The notes under the pieces are model-generated. The model did not search any database. It had not been told where the DNA came from and saw only the letters and a program-made list of their open reading frames with translations. Source: Octopus vulgaris (Eukaryota). Taken from it: a stretch of DNA of 64,000 bases. The stretch lies in assembly GCA_951406725.2 (NCBI GenBank), contig OX597815.1:11284001-11348000 (forward strand), written 5' to 3'. A program made the position numbers and the translations under genes. Of this stretch, positions 10,984 to 23,739 are shown one piece after another (within the stretch, counting starts at the first letter, position 1; every line of letters begins with the position of its first letter).

Positions 10984-11704
10984 ATAAACGATCAACTACA
11001 TACAGAAAGGGAGAGTGGGGGCACTCCAGACCGACTGTATTCATAATAATACTGAATGATCCGACAGGTGACCATCTACCAATGAGCAAATGTCACTGTG
11101 CAATGCAGCGATCCAGTTTCTGAAGACGAGTCCAAGACCAGCCGCCTTCATGATACTCACTAAGTTTTGATGGTCGAGCCTATCGAAGGCTTACGGCTAA
11201 AGTAAATTAAACAGAGACTCACACATGCCAATTTCTTTACCCAAGGTTTCTACGCTATATTACGTTAAGTACAGATTATCTTGTATAGATCTTTTTGGTA
11301 TGGAAATTGTATGTGTCTCGCCGTCCATATATCGACAAGTGAGAATCTGTTAGCAAACATTTTAGCCAAAATCTTCAACTCTGCATTTAGAAGAATTAAG
11401 AAACTGAAGTTGCAAAAATCACGCACTTTCACCACCATTCTTGTCCATGTTCATTTGCAACGGCCTCACCACACCTCTTTCCGCATGATTGGAAAGTTTC
11501 CCGTTATGCTTCTGCTACTAACTACACTAAGCAACTGCGCGTCGCGCGTGGGAAATCCAGATCACGTCGATGGCTGTCATGTCTCATAAAACGTGACTAA
11601 TAAGAGCAGTACACCCACTGGAATATTTGTAAATGCTACAAAATTAAATCCCATGATAAGTGGTACAGGCACCATCCACAGGATGAAATAAAGGGCGAGG
11701 GCCT

Positions 11705-11905
11705 CACCATCCTTTGGAACTTCCTAATACGAACAGACAGATTGGGAAATACCAGCCACTGCGGGACGAGACAGGAAAATTATGGGGCATGAGGAAAGTA
11801 ACTAGAACATTAGGAGCTGTTTCCAAAGGTTTTGAAAACATTAAAAATATTGGAGCTGCTGTCAATCTGGAGCATTGTTGGGTACAGCTTGCATTCTAAG
11901 GAGAG
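11705..11905 (+). pseudogene. Small RLE-LINE (R4/Dong-like) C-terminal fragment
   Basis: KYQPLRDETGKLWGMRKV...LGAVSKGFE resembles the KY..L..E...LW / IGALG region of RLE LINEs. Confidence 0.5.
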
Positions 11906-12115
11906 TATTGTCTCTTTGAGTCACAGGAGAAGGCACTACTTGAAACCTTTGTTGATTTTTTCATTGCTTGCTTTCAAGTAAAGAATAACCGGTAATCAAG
12001 AACTATCCCAGAGTCTTTCATAAAAGAAAAATAATAACAATAATAATAATAACAACAACAACAACAACAGTAGCAGCAGCAGCAGCAGCAACAACAACAA
12101 CAACAACAATAATAA

Positions 12116-12149
<34 letters not shown>

Positions 12150-12156
12150 AATAATT

Positions 12157-12370
12157 AAGTCGACGAGCTGACAGAATTCTTCCTGCGCCGAACGAAGTGC
12201 TTAGCACCATTTCGTCCGTCGTTACGCTCTGAGTTCTAATTCCGCCGAGGACGAATTTGCCTGTCAACTTTTCGGATTCGATAAAATAAGTACGAGTTGA
12301 GTACTGGGTCGATGTAATCAACTTACCATCACCACTACGTTGTTGGACTTGAACCAAAATCTGAAACCAT
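12157..12370 (+). mobile_element. Degraded tRNA-derived SINE (family B) after an (AAC/AGC)n tract
   Basis: CGAGCTGACAGAAT...TCTGAGTTCTAATTCCGCCGAGG...GATAAAATAAGTAC...GTCGATGTAATC. Confidence 0.75.
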
Positions 12371-13577
12371 TACTATTATTAATTTTATTATTTCGTAAAA
12401 TTACATCAATTCCCGAAAAATATGATTTCCAAACTTATTTTCTGAAAATTGATGTTAATTCAAAGATATTTTCTCAATATGTCTCAGAAAATCTGGAATC
12501 TAATTCAGACATTGCACAATATTTCAGAAAAATCACTGTATCTAATAAATAATTTATAAATGATTTATGAAGTTTATCCCATAATAGAGCCACTTTGAAT
12601 TGTACGTAGTGACCCATGATATTTTCACGTGAGTTTTGTTTGTCTCATGGTCAGTCAATGAGGACAAGCGTGCTTATTCCAAAGGTCATTTACATTGTCA
12701 GAAAGTTATTAAAATGTGAGATGTACAAGTGAGCTCTTCTACGATTCTATCTTACATTCCTATATATATGTTTACAAAATAATATTGAAAATTTACTTTC
12801 TATCACTATTACTTTATCTGCTATCATTTATGTCCGCCATTTTCTATTTTAACAGTAGTATCAATGTAAGCTGTCAGCTTATCTGAATATATTTAAAACC
12901 TAAGAAATATGTCAGCGCTTAAACGAGAGATTTCTATATTTTTCTTAACATTATTGAAAAGGTCGAGCGAATTTTTTTTCAGAAAGTTGGTGGTGAGATC
13001 AGCATGGTTACTTGGATTTTATCACTGTTTGTGCAAAACAAGAATCAGGAACCCCATATTACTTTGATTTACCAATTGTTCAAAGATACGTAACAATATT
13101 GTTTTTCCATGAGAATTTTACTATTACCAGTGTTATATTAGCATCTTGTCCAGTTCAAGGTTCACCTGTAACCGACTTGTTTATTATATATTGCAATAGT
13201 TGAATAATGACGTAGATAGTTGTAAATTACCAACAGAGTTATTGCATATTGTAAATATCTATATCCGTAGATCATCTTTGTTGCAGACTCACACTGAGCG
13301 ATACATACATACATACATACATACATACATACATGCATACATACATACATACATACATACATACATGCATACATACATACATGCATACATAATACATGCA
13401 TACATACACACACACACACGCACACACGCACACACACACATATATATATATAAATATATATAGGATAAAGATTATAAGGAGTGCGATGCGTTACATAAAT
13501 GGATTTAATGGATTTAATATAAAAAACGGAAAAATATTTGTTAATTTTTCTGTGTATTATATTAAATCCTTGATATA

Positions 13578-13621
<44 letters not shown>

Positions 13622-13627
<6 letters not shown>

Positions 13628-13832
13628 ACGGAGATGTACTTGCATAGCAAGTGATTTGATCTGAGACCGTGTGCTGAAACGAAAACAATTGCAGCGTGGA
13701 AGATGTTTGTAAGCCATTTAAGAAACACACAAAAACCGTTCGATTCACTTCAACATTTAAGTTTAATTTGTCAAAATATTTTCGTCGCTATAAGACCGCG
13801 ACCTGTTCACTGACAAAAATCCGTGCTGCATC
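13622..13832 (-). mobile_element. Short TA-adjacent element carrying an HHR (pLTR-like)
   Basis: Unique ~210-bp island after (TA)n, containing the HHR at 13767-13817. A related fragment (CTTCCACGCTGCA...TCAGATCA) occurs at ~36062-36100. Confidence 0.6.
13767..13817 (-). ncRNA. Minimal type I hammerhead ribozyme motif, G3-C8 core variant
   Basis: UUUGUCA-GUGAACA-G-GUCGC GGUCUUAUA GCGAC-GAAA-AUAU-UU-UGACAAA. Stem I is a perfect 7 bp, stem II is 5 bp, and stem III is the palindrome AAUAUU. Confidence 0.75.
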
Positions 13833-13872
13833 TTTATATATATATTTTCTTCTATATTTATGAAATTGAGTT

Positions 13873-13906
<34 letters not shown>

Positions 13907-16260
13907 AGTGTGTCTCTGTGTGTAGACATTTAATTTTTTTTTTATAGAAATCCACATTCAATGTCCGATTGACCTCAAATTTTATACACATACTCCAAAA
14001 GGTCAGACCAAAGAACTCACCGCCGCGACCTGCACGCATGATCGGGAACATACACATAAAGTGACCTTATGCGCACATGTGTCGCTGAACTTTTGTTCAC
14101 GCCTTAATTGCTTCGTTTTACACGTAAATGTGTTATTGGGGGGTGGGGGTGGCAAAAAGGTTCATGCACTAACACGTTTTGCACCTCTAGCTACCCTTTT
14201 GACACAGTATTTCGTCCAATAAATGAAGCACTTATCTTTTCGTTGCCAGGGTTCAATGTGATGCTACCTTAAAAATACCAGTTGCCGAACGTTTAGTCAA
14301 TACATCGTTACACGTTTTACTTTGAAGGAAGACAGCAAAAGAACCCATGTTCCATACTTTTTGAAAGTTCCAATGCGTAACATTGAGCAACAGGCGTTCT
14401 TAATCGAGAGCCATAGAGGTGGTTCGTTGTAAAAAATCACGTCAAAGCTTTTGAAGCCCTATTACTACTTGCAATAGCTTCTCCGTTAACCATACTCACG
14501 CCTTAATTGCTGCGTATGGTGCTACTTAGGGGATAGAGACAACAAGGCGTGCATAATCACTTTTTTGCACCTCTATCGACACGCTTTTGGCGCACTTAAT
14601 TAAGCAAAAGTCATCCTTTGCCGGGGCTCAGTGCACTACTACGTTACAAACTTCCGTTGCCAAACTTTTATTTAAACATAATAACTAACATACTAACGCT
14701 ATTCAAACATACTATTCAAACATACTAACGCTAAACTACGCCATTTGGAGCACTAACTTTTGAGTTCTTACCAAATCCAATGTGTAAAATTGAGCACCCA
14801 ATTCCATTCTTAAACACTGTTCATTCCTAGACGGCGATCTCTGCGTTTCCGCGTTGAAAAACACATCAAGGTGTTGAAACCCACTTACTGACTGCAAGTA
14901 CCGGAAATCCCTTGGAACTTCGACAATGAAAATACTGCGTTTTTGCTTACTGCATTCAAAGTGGACCGAAGTCAGGGCAATATTTGAACTCAGTTAATGC
15001 AGTCAGCCCATGTACGGATTTATTTTGCACTTAGCTCGATACACTGTGTATGGAATCAGCAAAAAATTGCTGTATTTATATGTTGATGTTTCATGGGATT
15101 TCCGGTAGCTTCTCGCGATAATTAATTTGAGGTTAGACTCGGTGGTGAGACCGCTTCTAAAACATTACTTACGACTGCTACGGCGCACATGTTACCCTCG
15201 AACGTCCTATAGCAGGGACAGGCCACTTTCCAGCTTCCGATGTATGTCTTACCTTTCATTGCCCTCTTTTCCTTGAGGAGGCCCTGGGCTACATTATACT
15301 ACAGAATTACGCATTTCACATTGTGGGAAAAGGCAGACTGGCGTTAACGGGTTCCTGTCGACGGGTCAGCCACTTATTGCAGTTCGACCGTGGTACGATC
15401 TCCATTGGGTAACCCTCTTTCTCGTGACCTCGGGCAATTAGCTATCCCCTTATGCCCGTGTTCATGTGTCCCTCCGGGTTATTTGACTTACGGGATCGAT
15501 TTCCCTGTCGCAAACAGCCCGTCCATTCGCTCCTACAAGCAAATTTTCTTGAAAATTTTCTTAGAAGTCCTCCTGGTTAGGACAGTGCCGTGAATCCCAC
15601 ATTTCAGTAACACATCCAGCCATTAGATTACTCTGCCCTCCACCTACTTCCCTCATGGTAAGTTGGTCATAGCCACTATTCGGTTTTCGCTTACTTTCCT
15701 TTTGCAAAAATATACCTTTTACAGTTTAAACATTTGCTACCCAAGGTGCGCAATTGCTCATTAACTCCGCTTTAAAAAGACTTTCCGTTATTTCTGCCCT
15801 TCTTAAGCTCTCTTTCTTGGTAAATGCCTCCAAAAAAAGAACGAAAAATATTGTCTACCAAGAAGTATTAGGATGAGATTCGTAACTGTTTATAATGAGA
15901 AAAGGTAACGTGCAGCTTCACAAAGCAGCTGATTTAGACATCATCCTCTCAGACGTGTGTAATGGGCTTTACATCCGCTTTTACTCTAAAACTAACTGCA
16001 CACAGTCAGCCCATTTCACAAAGAGAAACCTATTAAGTTACACCCCTCTTAGGGCAGCATTTATGTTTTTTTTACAAAAAAAAGGAGAGATAATTACTCC
16101 AACAATGGCTTAAGGGGCGATCGAGCATCTTCAAGGTCGTAACTTCAACCGATCAGTGTTTTCTTATGCGCTTCTAATACATTCAATGTGTAAGCAGAAA
16201 GGAGGCAGGCGATGTTACGCCAATTAACTGGTAGAGGCTTATATTTATGGAAACGTATAT
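13832..16260 (+). pseudogene. Highly decayed Helitron with Pif1-like helicase remnants
   Basis: Helitron-like 5' region (TC-TTTATATA, GT tract, CCGATTGACCTCAAATTT). Degenerate Pif1 motifs occur in order: GDFRQ-like (~15420), LCNG-like DVCNGL (~15955), TINKSQG-like (~16095) and VFS..LY (~16155). Confidence 0.5.
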
Positions 16261-16867
16261 TAATTCTAACTTACAGGGAAAAAATTCAATTTAGAAATAC
16301 TAAATCAAATATCACACAATATAACATATATATATATATATAAATTTTTAAAAAGAACCACCTTTTATCAATTGAAAATGAACAATTAAATTACACCTTC
16401 TAGAAAATTACATATAATAGAAATATTCGCTATGGCAGTTTCGGGCACTCTGCGACATAAATGGTGTGGACAAACATTCAACGTCGATACTACCCATACG
16501 TCAAGACAACTAATCAATATTCAATCACTCATTTTAATGACGGTCGTACTTAACGATTGTTTAAGAGCCCAATCCCCAATTACCAGCATTTCATTCATCT
16601 TTACGTTTTGAATTCAGATACTACTCAAGAAAAAAAAAAACTTTGCCTTTCATCTTTTCGGGACCGATGAAATAAGCTCCAGTTGAGTAGTGTGGCCGAT
16701 GTGGTCGACTTAAACCCCAGCCCCACCACCAAATTTTAGGGTTTCTGCTTAGGGTAGAAATGACGCAAGTCACCCCCCCCCCAACACGCACACACGCATT
16801 TTTAATGTTGAATTTGCGAATAATTACCGTCTATAAGACCCCATTCACAAGGTATTGGGTAGCTTAA

Positions 16868-17470
16868 GGCGGCGAGCTGGCAGAATCGTTAGCACGCCGG
16901 GCGAAATGCGTAGCTGTACTTCGTCTGCCGTTACGTTCTGAGTTCAAATTCCGCCGAGGTCGATTTTGCCTTTCATCCTTTCGGGGTCGATAAATTAAGT
17001 ACCAATTACGCACTGGGGTCGATGTAATCGACTTAATCCGTTTATCTGTCCTTGTTTGTCCTCTCTGTGTTTAGCCCCTTGTGGGTAGTAAAGAAATAGG
17101 TATTTCGTCTGCCGCTACGTTCTGAGTTCAAATTCCGGTGAGGTCTACTTTGCCTTTCATCCTTTCGTGGTCGATAAATTAAGTACCAGTTACCCACTGG
17201 GGTGGATGTAATCGACTTAATCCGTTTGTCTGTCCTTGTTTGTCCCCTCTGTGTTTAGCACCTTGTGGGTAGTCAAGAAATAGGTATTTCGTCTGCCGCT
17301 ACGTTCTGAGTTCAAATTCCGACGAGGTCGACTTTGCCTTTCATCCTTTCGGGGTCGATAAATTAAGTACCAGTTACGAACTGGAGTCGATATAACTGAC
17401 TTAATCCGTTGGTCTGTCCTTGTTTGTCCTCTCTGTGTTTAGCCCCTTGTGGGTAGTAAATAAATAAGTA
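16868..17470 (+). mobile_element. SINE family B: one tRNA-like head followed by three tandem ~184-bp body/tail units
   Basis: GGCGGCGAGCTGGCAGAATCGTTAGC head. The unit TCGTCTGCCG...TTCTGAGTTCAAATTCC...GCCCCTTGTGGGTAGTAAAGAAATAGG restarts at ~16921, ~17105 and ~17289. Confidence 0.9.
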
Positions 17471-17849
17471 TTGGGTAGATTTATGTTACGGCAGAAAATA
17501 CTTGTTGAATGAACCGTGTTGCGGGATCGAACCTGAAGAGACTGATCTATAAAGTGAACATGTTAACCACACAGCTATGTTTGCACTTACAACGGTAAAC
17601 AGACCCGAGTTAAAAATGGTTTTCTAGATGATACTTGTGGTTACTGAAGGAAAAAAACTAATTTCTAGTCAGAGATTGAATCTGATGATTTAGAAGTTAA
17701 TCTGAGTCAATAATTCAATATCGATCTGAGAACATTTTAGAAATATGTGACAGAGCATTTCCTTCCACCATTTTGTCTGTTCAAACCGACATCAGTAAAG
17801 AGAAAAGGAAGTATCCTCTCTTTGTTAATATTTGAGAATAACGAGTGTT

Positions 17850-17889
<40 letters not shown>

Positions 17890-18860
17890 CAGAGTACTCA
17901 TACATACACAGATGCGTACACATATATGTATATCTGCGTGTATGTGGCTCTCACGCATGCTTACCTACCTATTTCTAAGTGCTTACGTAGCCACACTTTC
18001 TCCTACATACAGATCCAACCCCAAAACACACACACACACGAATACATATAAATACACACTTGCTAGATTTCTTCTCAGTGTCTGTCTGTCTGTCTCTCGA
18101 ACACACACACACACACACACACCGCATATATGGACATATTCGTTGCCCTTCGATTCTTCGTCGCTAAAATCGTCATAGGGTCAATTCGTAATCAGCACCA
18201 AAGTCAGAATGGCACCAGATTTATTAAGTGGGACATGGATTGAATTGACATGAAGAAATATAAAATTTCTGAGTTAAAAAACTACTAAGAATATGTTTAA
18301 AAAATAATAAGATTGTGATCAATTAAATTTTATTTCTTAAAAATGTAATTGTTTAACAGTTTTCGTGTACTTTTCGATATCAATGTATTTCATGCGTTAG
18401 CAGGTCTCTTTCCCGTGGATAATGCTTAAAATTTGGTTGTGATTAGCATATTCTTCGTAACGGAATCTAATGTGTTTTGAAATAGACGTTGTTCTCATTA
18501 TGATCACTGGAATACCACTGGAACTTATTTACGTTACATTTTGATTTATTTAAGTGACGCCGAAAAGAAAACCAAGCCAAGACACGGAGAAGCACTCGCA
18601 ACAATGATTCGCTACCTGACTGGACTTCACTGAGTTAAGAAACTATTAGCTTTATCATGTGAGTGTTTTGAAGTGAAAACAAACATTTTGAAGCGCTGGA
18701 AATTTGCTAAAGACATACTGACTTTGATACTGGCGACAAATTGACCGGCCGACGAATTAAAAAAGCGATAAATTGAGCGATGATGAATTCTTTTAGTACC
18801 GTGTATTTTCTCCTCTATCTCTGTCAATCTACCTAAGGTAAATTCTCTTAGCATCTCCAC

Positions 18861-18944
<84 letters not shown>

Positions 18945-19132
18945 GTCGCCATGATAAACCGTTAGCCACTACACACATTTTTTTCTCTCCTTGTTTTTTT
19001 CTGTGTCCCTTTCTGTAGAAGAGCGTAGGCTCGACACGTAAAATACTTTTTTCTGTTCCTGAGCGTTATACTAATACATCTGTTTGTTTTGTACACCACC
19101 TGTCTTCGTCTTTTGTTTTTTTCCTAAACCCT

Positions 19133-19186
<54 letters not shown>

Positions 19187-19600
19187 TGTCAGACAAATAG
19201 ACAGATTGATACCTCGACTGGAATTTTTGATAACAGTGTGTCCTCTTGTTTGTTGGCATAACTGATCGAAGCCTAGCTGAGTGCTTCAAGAAAATCTACT
19301 ACAATGGCGTCGCTATAGTTAGAACTCCCCCAAACCTCAATCACAACTCTTCAACGGTCCTGGATACTCCTTTCCCTCATCTTTCTGTCTTCTGACTTGT
19401 GCAGCATTATTTCGGGTAATAGACAAATCTTCGGATATCCGAGAACAACTCTAGAGAAGAGCTTTGAAATCTCGATCGTATCCTCATCGACGAGTCTGTA
19501 AAGAGGAGAAAATGTGCATGTAAGGAAATGTACGTACATACAAGGTGTGCTTTTATGCACGTGCTCGTACCCGTGTGAAGTTCTTTGCGTGTGTGCAATG
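18945..19600. mobile_element. Decayed PLE-related fragments between TA tracts (pLTR-like island and GIY-YIG-like remnant)
   Basis: CTGTAGAA-GAGC GTAG GCTC-GACA-CG-TA is a degenerate HHR at ~19013-19040. CVLLFVGITDRSLAECFKK (~19237-19295) resembles the YIG.T.R.L..RF motif. Confidence 0.45.
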
Positions 19601-20303
19601 ACGTGTATTTCCAGAAGGTTTGGCTTTTAACAATAGGTTTTCCCTTATCTTGAAAAGTAATTTTTAATCGAAAAACTTTCTAAACGATGAACTTTTATGT
19701 TACCGTATATATTATTTATTTATATGTTTCCTATATATATGTATTTTTATATCTTTTTATATATTTATATATCATATATTTCTTTATGTTTTTATGTTAA
19801 AATATATAGTTTTTTAGTCGCTAAAGTATTAATCATTAATTTTTAACCGCGATAGACTGTATTCACACATTTTAAAAATATTTTTCTTATATGCTCTTGT
19901 ATTGATGGGTTGTGTTTCATCTTCCGTGATCTTATCCTTGTATATTCTATGTGAAAGAAAAAGCATTATGTGATTAAATGTTCGAGATAGGAAATGTTAC
20001 GTGGATGACCTTATATTTGTTTGTTCTGCAACCATAGTTTAATACATACATATATACATACATACAAACGCACACACACACACAGATAAACATACCTGTA
20101 TAGAGTCCTATATTCCTGTTTGCATCACGGAACGTATGCATATGTGTGTGTGTGAGCGCTTATCTGTATGTGTACATATAAATGAACTGAGAAAATTAAC
20201 TGAAATTGGCCAGTGACATGCATTTAAGCAACCAAGGCAAATACAAGTACATATTAGAGGTAGTGTCGTAATTACTGAATGACAACTAAAGCCAGTTCCA
20301 TAT

Positions 20304-20335
<32 letters not shown>

Positions 20336-20678
20336 AATACACCTATCTACGTGCATACACACCAAGATTTATATATGACAAAATACACTTGCTGTAGATG
20401 ACTTGTGGCTGAAAGCTGATTGATACCACTTTGTAGCTATCTGTCGGTGGAATGTAAGTGCAATTCAAACGTTGAACCTTGTTTCATATTTCAAACGGTG
20501 AGTATTCCACGGACAGTTCTACTAAAAATGTTTTTATGGGGCAAGATCAATGCAACACCCTGTGTGGTATAGCCGAGCATTTTAATTTCATCTACATTAT
20601 ATCTGACAGGCTATAATGTCAACAATTTTGTTGCGAGGTTTTTACCACGAAATGGCACATGTTTATGTCACGTATTCG

Positions 20679-20887
20679 TGGAGGCACATGGCCTAGTGGT
20701 TAGAGCAGCGGACTCGCAGTCGAGGGACCGCGGGTTCGAATCTCAGACCGGGTGATTTATGTGTTTATGAGCGAAACACCTAACCTCAACGCGGCACCGG
20801 CAGGAGGTAATGGCGAACTTATGCTGACTCTTTCGCCACAACTTTCTCTCACTTTTATGAACCAAGTATGGCTCGAGAAGGAACTAA
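20679..20887 (+). mobile_element. tRNA-derived SINE (family C), internally deleted, with 15-bp target-site duplication
   Basis: A box TGGCCTAGTGG and B box GGTTCGAATC. TSD TATGTCACGTATTCG at 20664-20678 and 20888-20902. A longer copy lies at 36834-37136. Confidence 0.88.
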
Positions 20888-21752
20888 TATGTCACGTATT
20901 CGAAGAAAACATTACAATATTACAATTGTGAATGGAAATTAAGCCATAGCTTCATACATACACATGTATATAGACTGATATAATGTAATTATACACAGTA
21001 GTAAGAAACTCTGGAAAGAATTGAACAGCAGAAAGTCTTCAGAGAAAGGATTCAGTTCAGGTAAGAGTTTCGGTCTTGCATTTATTCCACTCTGACAGAG
21101 CCGGGCCACATCTAAATTATGACACTTTTTACTCATTTGCACATGGGAGACTTGTATATTTAAGCCGTACGGAGGTTTGACAAGATCTAGCTAGAACACC
21201 TCTTCGTTTATATTACAATATTAATAATATTTTTATAAACGAAAATACGTTGAAGGCTCGAGTGAGTGAAATATTTTTAGAAATTAAAAAAATCTCGATC
21301 GGAAGAAAACAGCTCTGGAGTATCTAGTAAAATACCCAAACACATAGAAAAAGGGACCAGCTGATGCTGCAGTGGATCGAAATCTGTTACTCTCAAATTC
21401 CCAGTGAGAGCGAAGTGTCATTGCTTTAAGTGGCTCCTCAACACAGATGGCATTTTTTACAACGCTATATCATAGCTGTTTGGAATTTGAGAACATTTTT
21501 ATAACCAAGGTACAGAGCGATCAGCCGGAATTTGAAAGAGATCGATTTACTGCAGTGGCTGCTGGCCACTATTTTAGTCTATAGAATTATTTTACCTGAT
21601 CCACTAAAGCTGTTTTCACAGTTGTTCTATATTGTTTGAAAATTTCAAAACATTTATGTAGTATAATGGGCGGTGCCCCAGCATGACCGCAATCTAATGA
21701 CTGAAACAAGTAAAAGATAATATTACATTACATTATATATAAAAATAATATA

Positions 21753-21782
<30 letters not shown>

Positions 21783-21784
<2 letters not shown>

Positions 21785-22425
21785 TTTTACTCTATAATTT
21801 GTCTCAGTAATTTGACTGTGGGCATGCTGGAGCACCGCCTTTAGTCGAGCAAATCGACTCCAGGACTTATTCTTTGTAAGCCTAGTACTTATTCTATCGG
21901 TCTCTTTTGCCGAACCACTAAGTTACAGAAACGTAAACACACCAGCATCGGTTGTCAAGCGATGTTGGGAAGGGGACAAACACAGTCACACAAACATATA
22001 CACACATACACAAACATATATATATATATATAAGGGGGGTAAAGACCCCCTTCGGTCATGAATGACCATGGGATTGCACCTAGAAAGTTACCCTCCTAGA
22101 CACAAGTCCGGGCAAGGTTGTTTATGGAAGACCAGCAGTCGCCCATGCATACCGGCCTCCCCTCTCCACGCCACCAGTGTTATCCAAGGGAATGACAAAG
22201 GTCGATACAGCTTGGCACCAGTGACGTCGCAACTCATTTCTACAGTATATATACATATATACGACGGGCTTCTTTCAGTTTCCGTCTACCAAATCCACTC
22301 ACAATGCTTTGGTCAGCCCGAGGCTATAGTAGAAGGCACTCGCCCAAGGTGCCTCGCAGTGGGACTGAACCCGGAACCATGTGGTTCGTAAGCAAGCTAC
22401 TTACCACACAGCCACTCCTACGCCT
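21783..22425 (-). mobile_element. SINE family A, full length, with a nested ~210-bp repeat fragment (22033-22245)
   Basis: Reverse complement of the 42461-42846 family. A foreign segment is inserted in the internal CA/TA tract. Confidence 0.88.
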
Positions 22426-23056
22426 ATTAGCTGTTCAACTCTCCAGAACATCATGGTTAGATCAATGCTTCAACTCTGCGTATACATAGACAATTTTCCT
22501 TCTTATATAAAATTTGTGGAACACAGATACTAGATAAAATTGGGCTGGATTCGTTACTAAGGAAGAATTGTAAATAATGAATGAACTTTGTGTCATATCA
22601 ATAAAGAATCTGCATCTAAGTTTTAGGAATTGATCATCTTTAATATAAACAAAAGACAGCAAAGAGATCGAAGAGGAATTAAAGAAGTTACGGTAGATCA
22701 AAAGACATTTTAAAAGTGTTTAAAAATACATGTAAAAGATACAATGATATATAAATATTATTGAATTCAGTTGGGGGACAAACAGCCGGAGGCATAAAGA
22801 TAGTTTTGAACAACGATTATTTCTAAATAGGTCAAACCACCTTCAAATACCTTCTGTCTAAATAAATTATACTGAAGTCAGAACAATAGTCACACTTACA
22901 TAGAGGCAGATATTTATAGGCATTAACATACTAAGAAATAATAAAACTATACCCACATAGTTCTCTATTCATACACATTCATTAATATGCATACATAGTA
23001 CTCAGAGGCAAAAGTTGGTACATACAAACAAATGTATACACACACTCACACACAAA

Positions 23057-23091
<35 letters not shown>

Positions 23092-23103
23092 GTATATATA
23101 TAT

Positions 23104-23480
23104 ACTGAATAAGAACGTAACGGACGACAACAAAAGCATACGGACAGATAGCCGATACAAAGACGAATAGGAAAAACCAGGACGGATCATTCGTGGCCTT
23201 CTATTCATCAGTCAACTTTCCAGTTATCATAACAGTTTCGGCCTGTCACACTTAAACGTGTTCAAAATTGGTTGGCCCTAAAAATATAAGCTAAGAGAAT
23301 TAAATGTTAGGAAGAAGGCAAGCAAATGTGTACGACAACACAGAAAAAATAACCCCAGAAAAACGGAGAAAATGTTTCACGATTACAAATACAAACAAGA
23401 GAATAACAACAGGTGTCTTTTGACTAATAAGAAATGACAATAATGTACTAATTATTGTACTAACCATTGACCACCAAATC
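23104..23480 (-). mobile_element. Degraded pLTR-like repeat beginning at a TA tract
   Basis: The minus strand contains CTGATGA (~23205-23211) and GGCCGAAACTGTTA (~23230-23243) in a microsatellite-anchored context like the other islands. Confidence 0.35.
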
Positions 23481-23739
23481 ATCCCCCTCTATCTTCTGTC
23501 TCATCTTTCTACATACCTTAATAATCTCTCTTTGCCATTGAATTAGACACTTTCCCTCCATCAAATATTTGCCATTCTTTTCTTACTAACTGATCTCCCA
23601 ATAATTCTATAGCTATTATCCCTGACAATACAAACATCCTGACCGATTCACAAGAATATTCCTACGATGAAAGGAAAATTTTCCAACCTTTCTAAATAGA
23701 AACTCAAACACAATTGAAGACTTCCTGGAAATGTTCCCA

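Noticed and set aside
19010-19045. Additional HHR-like motifs (19013-19040, ~19430-19485, ~8560-8655, ~16435-16505, ~23190-23245, ~37563-37605)
   Set aside because: Core nucleotides or stems are broken (e.g. GACA in place of GAAA), so they are treated as decayed relics and not called as ribozymes.
20679-20755. tRNA gene candidate (also 37060-37136, 42461-42535 and 61547-61620)
   Set aside because: tRNA-like heads continue into multi-copy bodies, and the 20679 copy has a TSD. The acceptor stems are poor, so these are SINE heads rather than tRNA genes.
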